NCBI GenBank assembly: GCA_964396265.1 | Contig: CAYNEM010000015.1 | Location: 1,182-65,181 of the forward strand | DNA: 64,000 bases | From: an uncultured Methanomassiliicoccales archaeon | GTDB taxonomy: Archaea > Thermoplasmatota > Thermoplasmata > RBG-16-68-12 > EA-27 | Reading direction: 5' to 3' | In this document: one piece after another, positions 9,633 through 18,304 of the stretch | How the letters are laid out: each line of letters starts with the position of its first letter | Position numbering within the stretch: the stretch's first letter is position 1 | Notes under the pieces: generated by a model | What the model saw: the letters and a program-made list of their open reading frames with translations, nothing else | Told to the model about the DNA's origin: nothing | The model's database searches: none | Position numbers and translations under genes: made by a program

Positions 9633-12053
9633 ATGATGGGAATCTGTTTAGCTCTCATCTTGGCCGTTCACGCGAGCCCGACAGGACCCGACCCTCCCAG
9701 CGCGACTGGGACCGTCATTGGAGGGAACATCACCGGAAATGTGACTTGGACTCCGTCCGGGAATCCGTATTGGGTCGTCGCCGAAACTCAGGTGGACTCA
9801 GGCGCGGTGCTGCGTCTTCAAGCTGGAGTTCGCGTCCAGTTCGACCGAGCGAACCTGACGGTTCTCGGGAGATTGTACGCCGATGGAATCGAGAAACAAC
9901 GAGTCGTTCTGACGACGAATCTCACTCCCCCTGCATACTGGGGTGTAATTCATGTCGGATCCGGAGGTTTCGTGATACTTCGGAACGCGACTCTCGCGTA
10001 TGGCGGGTTGAGCGCCCTTCAATCGGACGAGATTATTCTGGATAGACTCCTCTATGATCCCAGTGGTCCCTCGGGCACCCTTGTCATCGACGGCGTCAAT
10101 GGTCTCCTCCTGGCGAACAGCACGATTCGTGCGAGTGGTGGTGTGCAGGTTCGCGATACCTCTTGGAGTGAGATCTCCGACAATGTCATCGCCGGACCAA
10201 ATCCCGGGATCACAGGACTCGACGTCTCCAACACACCCAGCACGGTCATTCGCGGGAATCGCATAAGGGGATTTCTCACCGGAATCCGAATAGCTGGAAC
10301 CAACCCCCAAATCTTGGACAATGAGGTCTCCGACGCCACGAATGGTGTGTTCGTCGAAGCATCAGACGCCCTGCTCGCGGGAAACCGCGTGCACGAAAAT
10401 CAGATAGGAATCGTCCTCTATCGGGCCCCGCGGTCAACAGTACGGAACAATCTGGCAAGCGACAACACCTTGTTCGGGATAAGTGTTGTCGCTGCGCAAG
10501 GCACTCGGATTGATGGAAACGCGTTCGTCGGCAACGGGCACATGTACCCACAAATCGGAGCCGGAATCCGTCTCGACACAAGTTCTTGGTCATTCGTCTA
10601 CGACAACACCATAGAGGGTAATCAGAAAGGCATCTGGCTGGATGGTGGACAAGGGCACCGCGTCTACCACAACTGGATTCTCTGGAATGTAGAACAGGCC
10701 ATCGATACTTCGTTGAGTTCATGGTGGGACGATTGGTACCCGTCCGGGGGCAACCACTGGTCCGACTACGCGGGCGATGACTTGTATCGTGGCCAGAATC
10801 AGAACATTCCCGGCCCAGACGGGATCGGAGATGCCGCTCGGCCCGTCCTTCCGAACATCGCGGCCGACCGCTATCCGTTCTACTCTGTCGCCGCCCCCGG
10901 ACTCCCGCCATTCGTGACCGCGAAGGCAGTCGGAGAAGACATCCTTCTCTCCTGGCAAGCCGCCCCGATGGCAGACTCCTACATCGTCCACACGGCGAAT
11001 GACCCGACGGCGTTCGACTTCGCCTCGCCCGTGGCGGTGGGGAACGTCACTTCGTGGACGGATGCGGGCGCCGCAGCGAGCCCCGGGGAGCGATACTACA
11101 TCGTGCGGGCGCACAACTCGAGTCTCAACCGGACGGGTCCGACGAGCAACACCGCGGGGAAATGGACCCACGCGTTCCCATCCGGATCCGCGACCCTTGC
11201 CCTGCCCCTGGCGCCATACCCATGGGTGGACTACTCGCAATCGGGCTGGGTCGACAACGCCAGCGAGTTCGCCGCCGCGACGGGGGCTTCCGAGTTCGCT
11301 TACATGGAAGGCGGTCGATGGTGGACAACTCCCGGGGATGGGGACCCGGGGCGCGCGCTGAGGATGGGAGAGGGCTATCTCGCGTCGTTCCCCACGCCCA
11401 CGCAGTTCACGTTCACGGGCGTCCCGGGGTCCGTCATCGACTACGCGCAATGGCCTCCGTATCCGGAGCGAGGGTTCGATCCCGCGACGACCGCGCGGGA
11501 AATCTCCGCCCAAGTGCAGGGGAACGACATCACCGTGGAATGGCCCCAGCTGCCGGACTTCGGACCGCCGAACGGGAGCTATCTCCTCTACGCTTCCCGG
11601 ACTCCAGGCGGCCTCCGGGGATACCATGGCCTCGATCACTTCCTCCTCGCAACCGTGCCCGCCTCGGCGGGCCCTCGCATGTCGTTCGTGCACCGTGACG
11701 CCCTGCTAGACTCTTCGGAATGGTATTACTTCGTCGTACCCGTACGCGAGGTCTACGGGCGGGGATCGAGCACGTACAGCATCGGCGTGTCCGCCCTTGA
11801 CCTCCCCATCGGGTCCGCCGCTTTCGGGTTGCCGCTCCGCCCATTCTCGAACGGCACATACTCGGCCATCGTCGTTTCTGGACTCGTCAGCTCTAACGTT
11901 CAGGGGGTGATATGGTTCGACCAGACGCGTCAGGACTGGGTCGCCCACGCGGCGTGGATGCCTCAGGGGACGTACGACACGTCCATCACGATGATCATGG
12001 CGGTGCAAGTGGATGCGACCTCTCCAACTCGGATCGTGTTCGTGGGCGTGTAG
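9633..12053 (+). CDS. Secreted right-handed parallel beta-helix (NosD/pectate-lyase-like) repeat protein with C-terminal Ig/FN3-like domains.
   Basis: The start is at a MMGICLALILAVHA signal peptide. Repeated motifs (IRGNRIRG, NEVSDATNGVFV, GNRVHENQIGIVL, NNLASDNTLFGISV) are typical PbH1 repeats. Confidence 0.75.
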   Translation: MMGICLALILAVHASPTGPDPPSATGTVIGGNITGNVTWTPSGNPYWVVAETQVDSGAVLRLQAGVRVQFDRANLTVLGRLYADGIEKQRVVLTTNLTPPAYWGVIHVGSGGFVILRNATLAYGGLSALQSDEIILDRLLYDPSGPSGTLVIDGVNGLLLANSTIRASGGVQVRDTSWSEISDNVIAGPNPGITGLDVSNTPSTVIRGNRIRGFLTGIRIAGTNPQILDNEVSDATNGVFVEASDALLAGNRVHENQIGIVLYRAPRSTVRNNLASDNTLFGISVVAAQGTRIDGNAFVGNGHMYPQIGAGIRLDTSSWSFVYDNTIEGNQKGIWLDGGQGHRVYHNWILWNVEQAIDTSLSSWWDDWYPSGGNHWSDYAGDDLYRGQNQNIPGPDGIGDAARPVLPNIAADRYPFYSVAAPGLPPFVTAKAVGEDILLSWQAAPMADSYIVHTANDPTAFDFASPVAVGNVTSWTDAGAAASPGERYYIVRAHNSSLNRTGPTSNTAGKWTHAFPSGSATLALPLAPYPWVDYSQSGWVDNASEFAAATGASEFAYMEGGRWWTTPGDGDPGRALRMGEGYLASFPTPTQFTFTGVPGSVIDYAQWPPYPERGFDPATTAREISAQVQGNDITVEWPQLPDFGPPNGSYLLYASRTPGGLRGYHGLDHFLLATVPASAGPRMSFVHRDALLDSSEWYYFVVPVREVYGRGSSTYSIGVSALDLPIGSAAFGLPLRPFSNGTYSAIVVSGLVSSNVQGVIWFDQTRQDWVAHAAWMPQGTYDTSITMIMAVQVDATSPTRIVFVGV

Positions 12054-14610
12054 CGCGATCCTCGTTGCGCTCGCGGCCATCGCTCTCGTTGCGACGCCGG
12101 TCCATGCGGCCGCGGACGACCAGAACCTCACGGGCCTCGTCTACCTCGCGGACGGCACCCCGCTCTCCGCGACGCTGTGGGCCGACAACACGGGCTTCGC
12201 GGTGTTCGTAAACCACGGCGGGAGCTGGTCCACCGCGTGGCGGTACCCCGTCACGGGCTGGTACCTCACCTCCGGAGGTGCGTACAGCCTCGTCCTCCCC
12301 GCCGTCGAGAAGGACGTGAACTGGGGAAACACGGACCCCTATCGCGTCGCGTTCGACGTGTCCGCGATCACGGGGAACGCGGGAGAGACGGCCAACGCGA
12401 CAAGCCACGGGACGGGAGACCCGGGCGAGTTCTCCGCGGCCGGCGCGACAGAGAACTCGATAATGTGGAACGCGACGGACAACTGGCAGCGCTGGGACAT
12501 CGTCCTCCTTGCGCTCCCGGACCTGGCGGTGAACGCCTCGGAGATCCTCGTATCTCCTGGGCCGCCCGTCTCCGTGGGCACCGTCGTGACGGTCGATGCA
12601 ACCGTGCGGAACCTGGGTGCGGTGGACGCTTCGAACGCGGTCGCTCGTTTCACGGACGGCGTGCCGCCCGGGATTCCTATTGGGACGGATGTCACTATCC
12701 CCTCTCTCCCCGCGGGCGGGTCGGTCCCCGTCCAGCGGACGTGGAACGCTGGGCCTGCCGGCCTCCACCAGCTCTGCGTAGCAACGGATCCTGACGGAAC
12801 TATCGTCGAGGCGAACGAGACGAACAACCTCGTGTGCGTCGACGTCCTCGTGACCGCCGCCCCGGAGACGAGGCCCGACTACGTCCCGTTCGCCCCACAG
12901 CCTACGCCTCCGCCCCGAGCGGGGCTTTCGCAGCCCGTCTCCCTTTCCGTGCAGGTCCTCAATCAGGGGAACGCGTCGGGGAACACGGTAACCACGATTG
13001 CGTTCTACAACGCCTCGACGCCGGGGAGTCCCTTCTCGACGGCCGTCGTGCCTCCGCTTCTCCCATCCCAAGTTTCTGGTCGATTCGCCGCCACATGGAC
13101 ATCCCCCGCAACCCCGGGGACCTATGATGTGTCCGCGAGTGTGGACTATGGGGACTCGCTTCCGGAATGGGACGAGACGAACAACGTCTTCGCATGGCAG
13201 GTCGACGTCGTCACCGGCCCTGTCACCGCGCTCATCCTCGGGGCGCCGAACGTCACCGCCGCGCAGGTGTTCGTGACCTCATCCACAGACCTTTCGTTCT
13301 CCGTCCTCGACCAAGGCGGCTCGGGGATCCGGTCCACCTCGTATCGCGTGGACATCCTGACGTGGACGAACTACTCGGCTGCGGGGCCCTTCCGCCTCGC
13401 GGGGGAGGGCCCGCACTCCCTCGAGTGGTACAGCGAGGACTTCGCGGGGAACGTGGAGGTCGTCCAGTCTGCGGTGGTCATCGTCGACGAGACGCCGCCG
13501 ATCACGACGCCCACGGTCGGGGATCCAAAGTACCTTGTTGGCGGCACCTTCGTGACGTCAGCGACGCCCTTCAGTCTGGCGGCGGTGGACGGAGGGGTGG
13601 ACCCCGTGGGCGTCGCCTTCACGGAATACCAGATCGACACAGGGTCGTGGATCCCTTATGCCGCCCCGTTCACAGTCTCCGGCGAGGGTGCGCACGGCAT
13701 GGCCTTCCATTCCGTCGATTGGCTGGGGAACGCGGAGGTGCTGGGAATTCTCCCGATTACGGTCGATGACACGCCGCCGACGGTCCTGCTCTCGGTCGGG
13801 GTCCCGCAGTACAGCGGCGCGCAGCTGTACGTGAATTCCTCGACGCCGCTCACAATCGTAGCCTCGGATGGCGGCATCGTGCCGGTGGGGCTGGCCCTGG
13901 TTGAATACCGGATCGGCAGCGGAACCTGGACGCCGTTCGCGAACCCGTTCAACCTGTCGCCCCCGGACGGGACCTGGCACGTCGAGTACGCCGCCACGGA
14001 CCATCTGGGCCATCGCGCTGCCGACGCGAGGGACCTCGTCCTGGACGACACGCCGCCCGAGACGACGATCGCGCCAACCGCCGGTCCGTACACGGAGGAT
14101 ACGACCTTCACGCTCGAGGCCTCGGACGCCGGCTCCGGCGTCGCGCGCACGGAGATCCGGATCGACGACGGCTCGTGGGCCGGATCTGCTGGAGCGTTCT
14201 CCCTGGGCGCCGGACATCACATCATCCGGTACCGCTCCGCGGACCGGCTCAACAACACGGAGGTCGAACGGACGCTCTCCGTGACCGTCGAGGGCGCACC
14301 CCCTCCACCGGAGCCGAACTGGAAGCCCCTCTTGGCGGCAGTGTTCGCAAGCATCCTCGCCCTCGTGGGCGCGTGGTCCGCTCGGCGCGCACCGTGGCCG
14401 ACGGGCTCGCGGCCCCGCCTGCGCGCGTTCGTCCACTCCGCCCTCCCGTTCGTTGCGGCGGAGGCCGCAACCGGGGCGGTGTCGTTCCTCACGGGGTCGC
14501 TCGCGATCCTTCCGCTGCTCGGGGCGGGGATGACGGTGGACCTCGCCATTCTGTTCGCGGGAATCGCGGTCTCGGTGTATCGCGTCCGCAAGTCGAAGCC
14601 ACCTGAGTAG
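12013..14610 (+). CDS. Large surface protein with a signal peptide, two CARDB-like domains, three tandem ~95-aa Ig-like (DxTPPxT...GN.E) repeats and a C-terminal multi-TM anchor.
   Basis: 865 aa. Signal peptide AILVALAAIALVATPVHAAADD. CARDB-like segments (VSPGPPVSVGTVVTVDATVRNLGAVDAS; VSLSVQVLNQGNASGN). Repeats begin DETPPITTP, DDTPPTVLL and DDTPPETTI. Hydrophobic helices at the C-terminus. Overlaps the previous gene by 41 nt. Confidence 0.75.
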   Translation: MRPLQLGSCSWACSAILVALAAIALVATPVHAAADDQNLTGLVYLADGTPLSATLWADNTGFAVFVNHGGSWSTAWRYPVTGWYLTSGGAYSLVLPAVEKDVNWGNTDPYRVAFDVSAITGNAGETANATSHGTGDPGEFSAAGATENSIMWNATDNWQRWDIVLLALPDLAVNASEILVSPGPPVSVGTVVTVDATVRNLGAVDASNAVARFTDGVPPGIPIGTDVTIPSLPAGGSVPVQRTWNAGPAGLHQLCVATDPDGTIVEANETNNLVCVDVLVTAAPETRPDYVPFAPQPTPPPRAGLSQPVSLSVQVLNQGNASGNTVTTIAFYNASTPGSPFSTAVVPPLLPSQVSGRFAATWTSPATPGTYDVSASVDYGDSLPEWDETNNVFAWQVDVVTGPVTALILGAPNVTAAQVFVTSSTDLSFSVLDQGGSGIRSTSYRVDILTWTNYSAAGPFRLAGEGPHSLEWYSEDFAGNVEVVQSAVVIVDETPPITTPTVGDPKYLVGGTFVTSATPFSLAAVDGGVDPVGVAFTEYQIDTGSWIPYAAPFTVSGEGAHGMAFHSVDWLGNAEVLGILPITVDDTPPTVLLSVGVPQYSGAQLYVNSSTPLTIVASDGGIVPVGLALVEYRIGSGTWTPFANPFNLSPPDGTWHVEYAATDHLGHRAADARDLVLDDTPPETTIAPTAGPYTEDTTFTLEASDAGSGVARTEIRIDDGSWAGSAGAFSLGAGHHIIRYRSADRLNNTEVERTLSVTVEGAPPPPEPNWKPLLAAVFASILALVGAWSARRAPWPTGSRPRLRAFVHSALPFVAAEAATGAVSFLTGSLAILPLLGAGMTVDLAILFAGIAVSVYRVRKSKPPE

Positions 14611-14661
14611 GAACGACACCGTCATTTCGCGGACGGTCCGAAAGCCGCCTTTCCACGAAGC

Positions 14662-15188
14662 CTAAAACCACTTCGCCATCAGGACGTCGTCGACGTACTC
14701 CCCTCGGATCTTGAAGTGCCGCTTCCGGGCGGCCTCGACCTCGAACCCGAGCTTCTGGTACAGCGCGATCGCGCGTTCGTTCGAGGCGAAGACCTCCAGG
14801 GTGGCCTTCTCCACGCGCCTTTGCTTCATCCACTCGAGCGCCCGCTCCATGAGTGCGCGCCCGATGCCCAGGCCGCGGAACGCCCGCACGATCGCGATCC
14901 CGAGATTTGCGACGTGGCGTGCCTTGGCGAACGTGGAGATGCGCACGTCGACCTGCCCGACGACGCGGCCGGCGACCTCTGCGACGTACAGCACGGACGT
15001 GAGGTTGTCGAAGGAGCGGATCCATTCCCTCTCCCGCCTCGCGCTGTGCGTGAGCCGCTCCGTGAGGATGAACTCCTCCTCGGCGCCGATCTCGTTGATG
15101 TTCCGCATGAGGGCGTCCGCGTCCGCTTCCGTTGCGCGCCGGATCGTGCACGCGCGTCCGTCCTTCATCGGGTGCGCCCAGCGGTCGT
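14662..15188 (-). CDS. GNAT family N-acetyltransferase.
   Basis: The acetyl-CoA-binding motif RGLGIGRALMERALEW is present. Start chosen at MKDGRA; an alternative start lies at 15224. It is the last gene of the lipA-pdhA2 operon. Confidence 0.75.
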
Positions 15189-15209
15189 GCTCCCTGCGCA
15201 GCATGGGGC

Positions 15210-16307
15210 TCACAGCGGGAACGCGCCCATGTCCTCGGGCCGGCGGCGGAACCCGCCCCGGAGGAACTCCTCCATCTGCTCGCGGAGGTGCCACGGGAGG
15301 TCTGCGTAGACGTCCGTGAACACGGTCTCCGTCGACGGCGGGGGCACCTTCTCCGCGGTCCGCACGGCCTCCGTGATCGCGTCCTCGATCTCGCTCCGCG
15401 TGGAGACCTCCCAGCTCGGATCGTACAACCCCTTGGCCTCGAGGTACTTGCGGAACCGCTCGATGGGGTCCCTGTGCCGCCACAGCTCGACCTCCTCCGG
15501 GTTCCGGTACCGGGTCGGGTCGTCGGACGAGGAGTGGGGACCCATGCGGTACGTGACGGCCTCGATAAACGTCGGGCCGCCCCCCGCGCGCGCCTTCTCA
15601 ACGGCCCACTTCGTCGCGGAGTACGCCGCCAGCGCGTCGTTCCCGTCCACCCGCAGTCCCTCGAACCCATACGCGCGGGCCTTGATCGCCAGCGTCGTCG
15701 ACGCGGTCTGTTTCGCGACGGGGACCGAGATCGCCCACTGGTTGTTCTTGCAGAGGAAGACGCACGGCACGCCGAAGACGCCGGCGAAGTTCATCCCCGC
15801 GTGGAAGTCGCCCTCGCTCGTGGCCCCGTCACCGAAGAAGGCAATCGCGACATGCCGATCCCCGCGGATCTTCATCGCCCAGGCGCACCCGACGGCGTGC
15901 GGGATCTGTGAGCCGACCGGACTCGAGATCGAGACGAGACGGAGCTCACGGTTCGCGAAGTGGTTCGGCATCTGGCGGCCCTTGGAGAGGTCCTCCGCGT
16001 TCCCGTAGAACTGCGCGATCAGGGATGGGAGAGGATAGCCCCGCCAGATCGCGGAGCCCGGCTCCCGGTACGCGGGGAAGATCCAATCGTCCTTGTCGAG
16101 CGCGGCGCAGCTGCCGATCTGCACGGCCTCCTCCCCGGACGAAGGGACGTAGAACCCGATGCGCCCCTGCCGCTGCAGGCTGAGCATGCGGGTGTCGAGG
16201 ATGCGCACGAACAACAGGGCTCGGTATATCTCCTTGAGGCGGTCCTCGGACAGCTTGGGCTCGAGGTTCGGGTCGAACGATCCGTCCTCGCGGATGACCT
16301 GGAGCAT
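15210..16307 (-). CDS. pdhA: 2-oxoacid (pyruvate/branched-chain) dehydrogenase E1 component alpha subunit, second paralog, orphan.
   Basis: TPP-binding motif FFGDGATSEGDFHAGMNFAGV...CKNNQWAIS. Start chosen at MLQVIRE (16307). About 55% identical to the E1alpha at 35617-36696. No adjacent beta subunit. Confidence 0.85.
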   Translation of the reverse strand: MLQVIREDGSFDPNLEPKLSEDRLKEIYRALLFVRILDTRMLSLQRQGRIGFYVPSSGEEAVQIGSCAALDKDDWIFPAYREPGSAIWRGYPLPSLIAQFYGNAEDLSKGRQMPNHFANRELRLVSISSPVGSQIPHAVGCAWAMKIRGDRHVAIAFFGDGATSEGDFHAGMNFAGVFGVPCVFLCKNNQWAISVPVAKQTASTTLAIKARAYGFEGLRVDGNDALAAYSATKWAVEKARAGGGPTFIEAVTYRMGPHSSSDDPTRYRNPEEVELWRHRDPIERFRKYLEAKGLYDPSWEVSTRSEIEDAITEAVRTAEKVPPPSTETVFTDVYADLPWHLREQMEEFLRGGFRRRPEDMGAFPL

Positions 16308-16314
16308 GGCCTCC

Positions 16315-17211
16315 TCAGGCACCGACCCGCACCTCCCGCTTCCGGAGCAGGGACTCGAGGAAGAACTCACCGGCGCGGTACGAGGAGCGGACGAGGGGGC
16401 CCGACGCGACGTACAGGAATCCCATCTCCTGCGCTTGGCGGCGGTACGCTTCGAAGGCGTCCGGGCTCACGAACTCGCTCACTGCCAGATGCCACGTGGT
16501 CGGCCGCAGGTATTGCCCGAGCGTCACGATGTCGACATCGGCCGCACGGAGGTCTCGGAGGGTCTGGAGCACCTCGTCCTCCGTCTCCCCGAGGCCGAGC
16601 ATAATCGACGACTTCGTGTAGACGTCGGGGCGGACCGCCTTGGCATGCCGCAGGACGAACAGGCTCTGCTCGTAGTTCGCGCGCGGGTCGCGCGCCACGG
16701 ACTGAAGGCGAAGCACTGTCTCCACGTTGTGGTCGAACACTTCCTGTCCGCCGGCAAGGACGGTGCGGATCGCGTCGTTGTCACCTCGGAAGTCCGGCAC
16801 CAGGGTCTCCACCATGATGCCGGGGTCCAGTGCCTTGATCGCTCGCACGGTGTTCGCGAAGTGCGCGGCGCCGCCATCGGGGAGATCGTCGCGATCCACG
16901 GAGGTGAGCACGACGTACGTGAGCCCGAGGTCCGCGACCGCGTTCGCGACGTTCTCCGGTTCGCGGGGATCCACGATGCCGTACGGGTTCCCGGATTTCA
17001 CCGCGCAGAACCGACACCCGCGCGTGCATGTGTCCCCCAGAAGCATAATCGTGGCGGTGCCGCCGCCCCAGCATTCCGCTACGTTGGGGCAATGGGCCTC
17101 CTCGCACACGGTGTGGAGGTTCATGTCGCGAAGGAGCGTCTTGAGGTGCGCGAAGTTCTCGCCCCCGGGAGGCCGCACCTTCAGCCATTCCGGCTTTCGC
17201 TCGGCGAGCAT
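16315..17211 (-). CDS. lipA: Lipoyl synthase.
   Basis: Radical-SAM motif CTRGCRFC plus the auxiliary cluster [12 protein letters not shown]. 298 aa. TATA-like ATCTATTTACG about 35 nt upstream. Confidence 0.92.
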   Translation of the reverse strand: MLAERKPEWLKVRPPGGENFAHLKTLLRDMNLHTVCEEAHCPNVAECWGGGTATIMLLGDTCTRGCRFCAVKSGNPYGIVDPREPENVANAVADLGLTYVVLTSVDRDDLPDGGAAHFANTVRAIKALDPGIMVETLVPDFRGDNDAIRTVLAGGQEVFDHNVETVLRLQSVARDPRANYEQSLFVLRHAKAVRPDVYTKSSIMLGLGETEDEVLQTLRDLRAADVDIVTLGQYLRPTTWHLAVSEFVSPDAFEAYRRQAQEMGFLYVASGPLVRSSYRAGEFFLESLLRKREVRVGA

Positions 17212-17365
17212 GGGACGGGGCGGGATGGCAGGGGCGCGTAAATAGATATCCCGTTGCGTGCGCTCGATCGCGATTTCACGATGCTCGCCGCGGCCGTCTG
17301 ATGGAAGGATACCTCAGGGCGGGAGTTGGGCTAATCGTTAAGTCGCCGCCAACCTAGCTACGCGC

Positions 17366-18304
17366 GTGCGCGGGCCGAGCCCCGTTTCGGTGGCAGAAGG
17401 CCTGAACGGCCGGATCGAGAAGACGCTCGCCATCGCTGCGCGCTGGGGCTACGGGCTCTCCGTGGACCAACTCGCCCGTCTCCTGTACGGCGGATCCGTC
17501 CCGGAGGCAGAGATCGTCCGGGCGCTGCGTGACGCATCCGGAGTCGCCCGGGAGGATGGGTTCGCGACCGTCTTGGGCCGAGAGGACCTCCTCGCAAAGT
17601 CGATCGACCGCCATCGGACGAACGGCGCCCTGGCAAGCACGTATCTCGGGATCGCCCGCGATTTCGCGCGGGACCTCCTCCGCCACTCTCCGTTCGTCCG
17701 CGCGATCGCGGTCTCTGGATCGACTGCCTCCGGAGGGCTCGGAGTCGGCGACGACGTCGACCTCAACCTGTTCTCGGAAAGCGGCGCGAAGTACGTCGTG
17801 TACCTGACCGCCATCCTCCTCGGCATCAAGTACTCCCTGCGATACCACCGCCGGTTCGCCCACGGGTCGCCTTACCTCGGCGTCCTCCCGAAGGTCACGT
17901 GCATCAACGTGGTGTGGACAGAGGCTGAGTGCCGCCCGTTCGTCCGACAGGACGCGTCCCTGGCGTTCGAGCTGCTCCGATCGAAGCCCATCTTCGGCAC
18001 GGATCACTACCGCCAAGTCCTCGGGGCGAATCCGTGGCTCGGGGACCACTTCCCCCAAGTCTTCGTGGAGGCCACCGAAGATCCGGTCGCGGCCCCGCCA
18101 CCGTCGGGCCTTGCACGGCTCCAGGGATGGTTCGCCCTCGCGCCGGCACGCCGTCGTTGGCTAGATCGAACCTGCCGTTTCGCCGCGGGCGCGCTCCATC
18201 GGCTCATCGAGCTTTCGAGGGAGAGGGATCCCGAGGCGGTCCGGAGGACGCGGTTCCTGCGGCAGGTGAAATTCCCCTACGACCTGTTTCAGGATGGCCC
18301 ATGA
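17366..18304 (+). CDS. Pol-beta-type nucleotidyltransferase-fold protein (hG[GS]x9DxD motif), possibly a LicD-like phosphotransferase.
   Basis: VSGSTASGGLGVGDDVDLNLF matches the minimal NTase-fold signature. 4-nt ATGA overlap with the downstream GT2 gene. Confidence 0.45.
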   Translation: MRGPSPVSVAEGLNGRIEKTLAIAARWGYGLSVDQLARLLYGGSVPEAEIVRALRDASGVAREDGFATVLGREDLLAKSIDRHRTNGALASTYLGIARDFARDLLRHSPFVRAIAVSGSTASGGLGVGDDVDLNLFSESGAKYVVYLTAILLGIKYSLRYHRRFAHGSPYLGVLPKVTCINVVWTEAECRPFVRQDASLAFELLRSKPIFGTDHYRQVLGANPWLGDHFPQVFVEATEDPVAAPPPSGLARLQGWFALAPARRRWLDRTCRFAAGALHRLIELSRERDPEAVRRTRFLRQVKFPYDLFQDGP

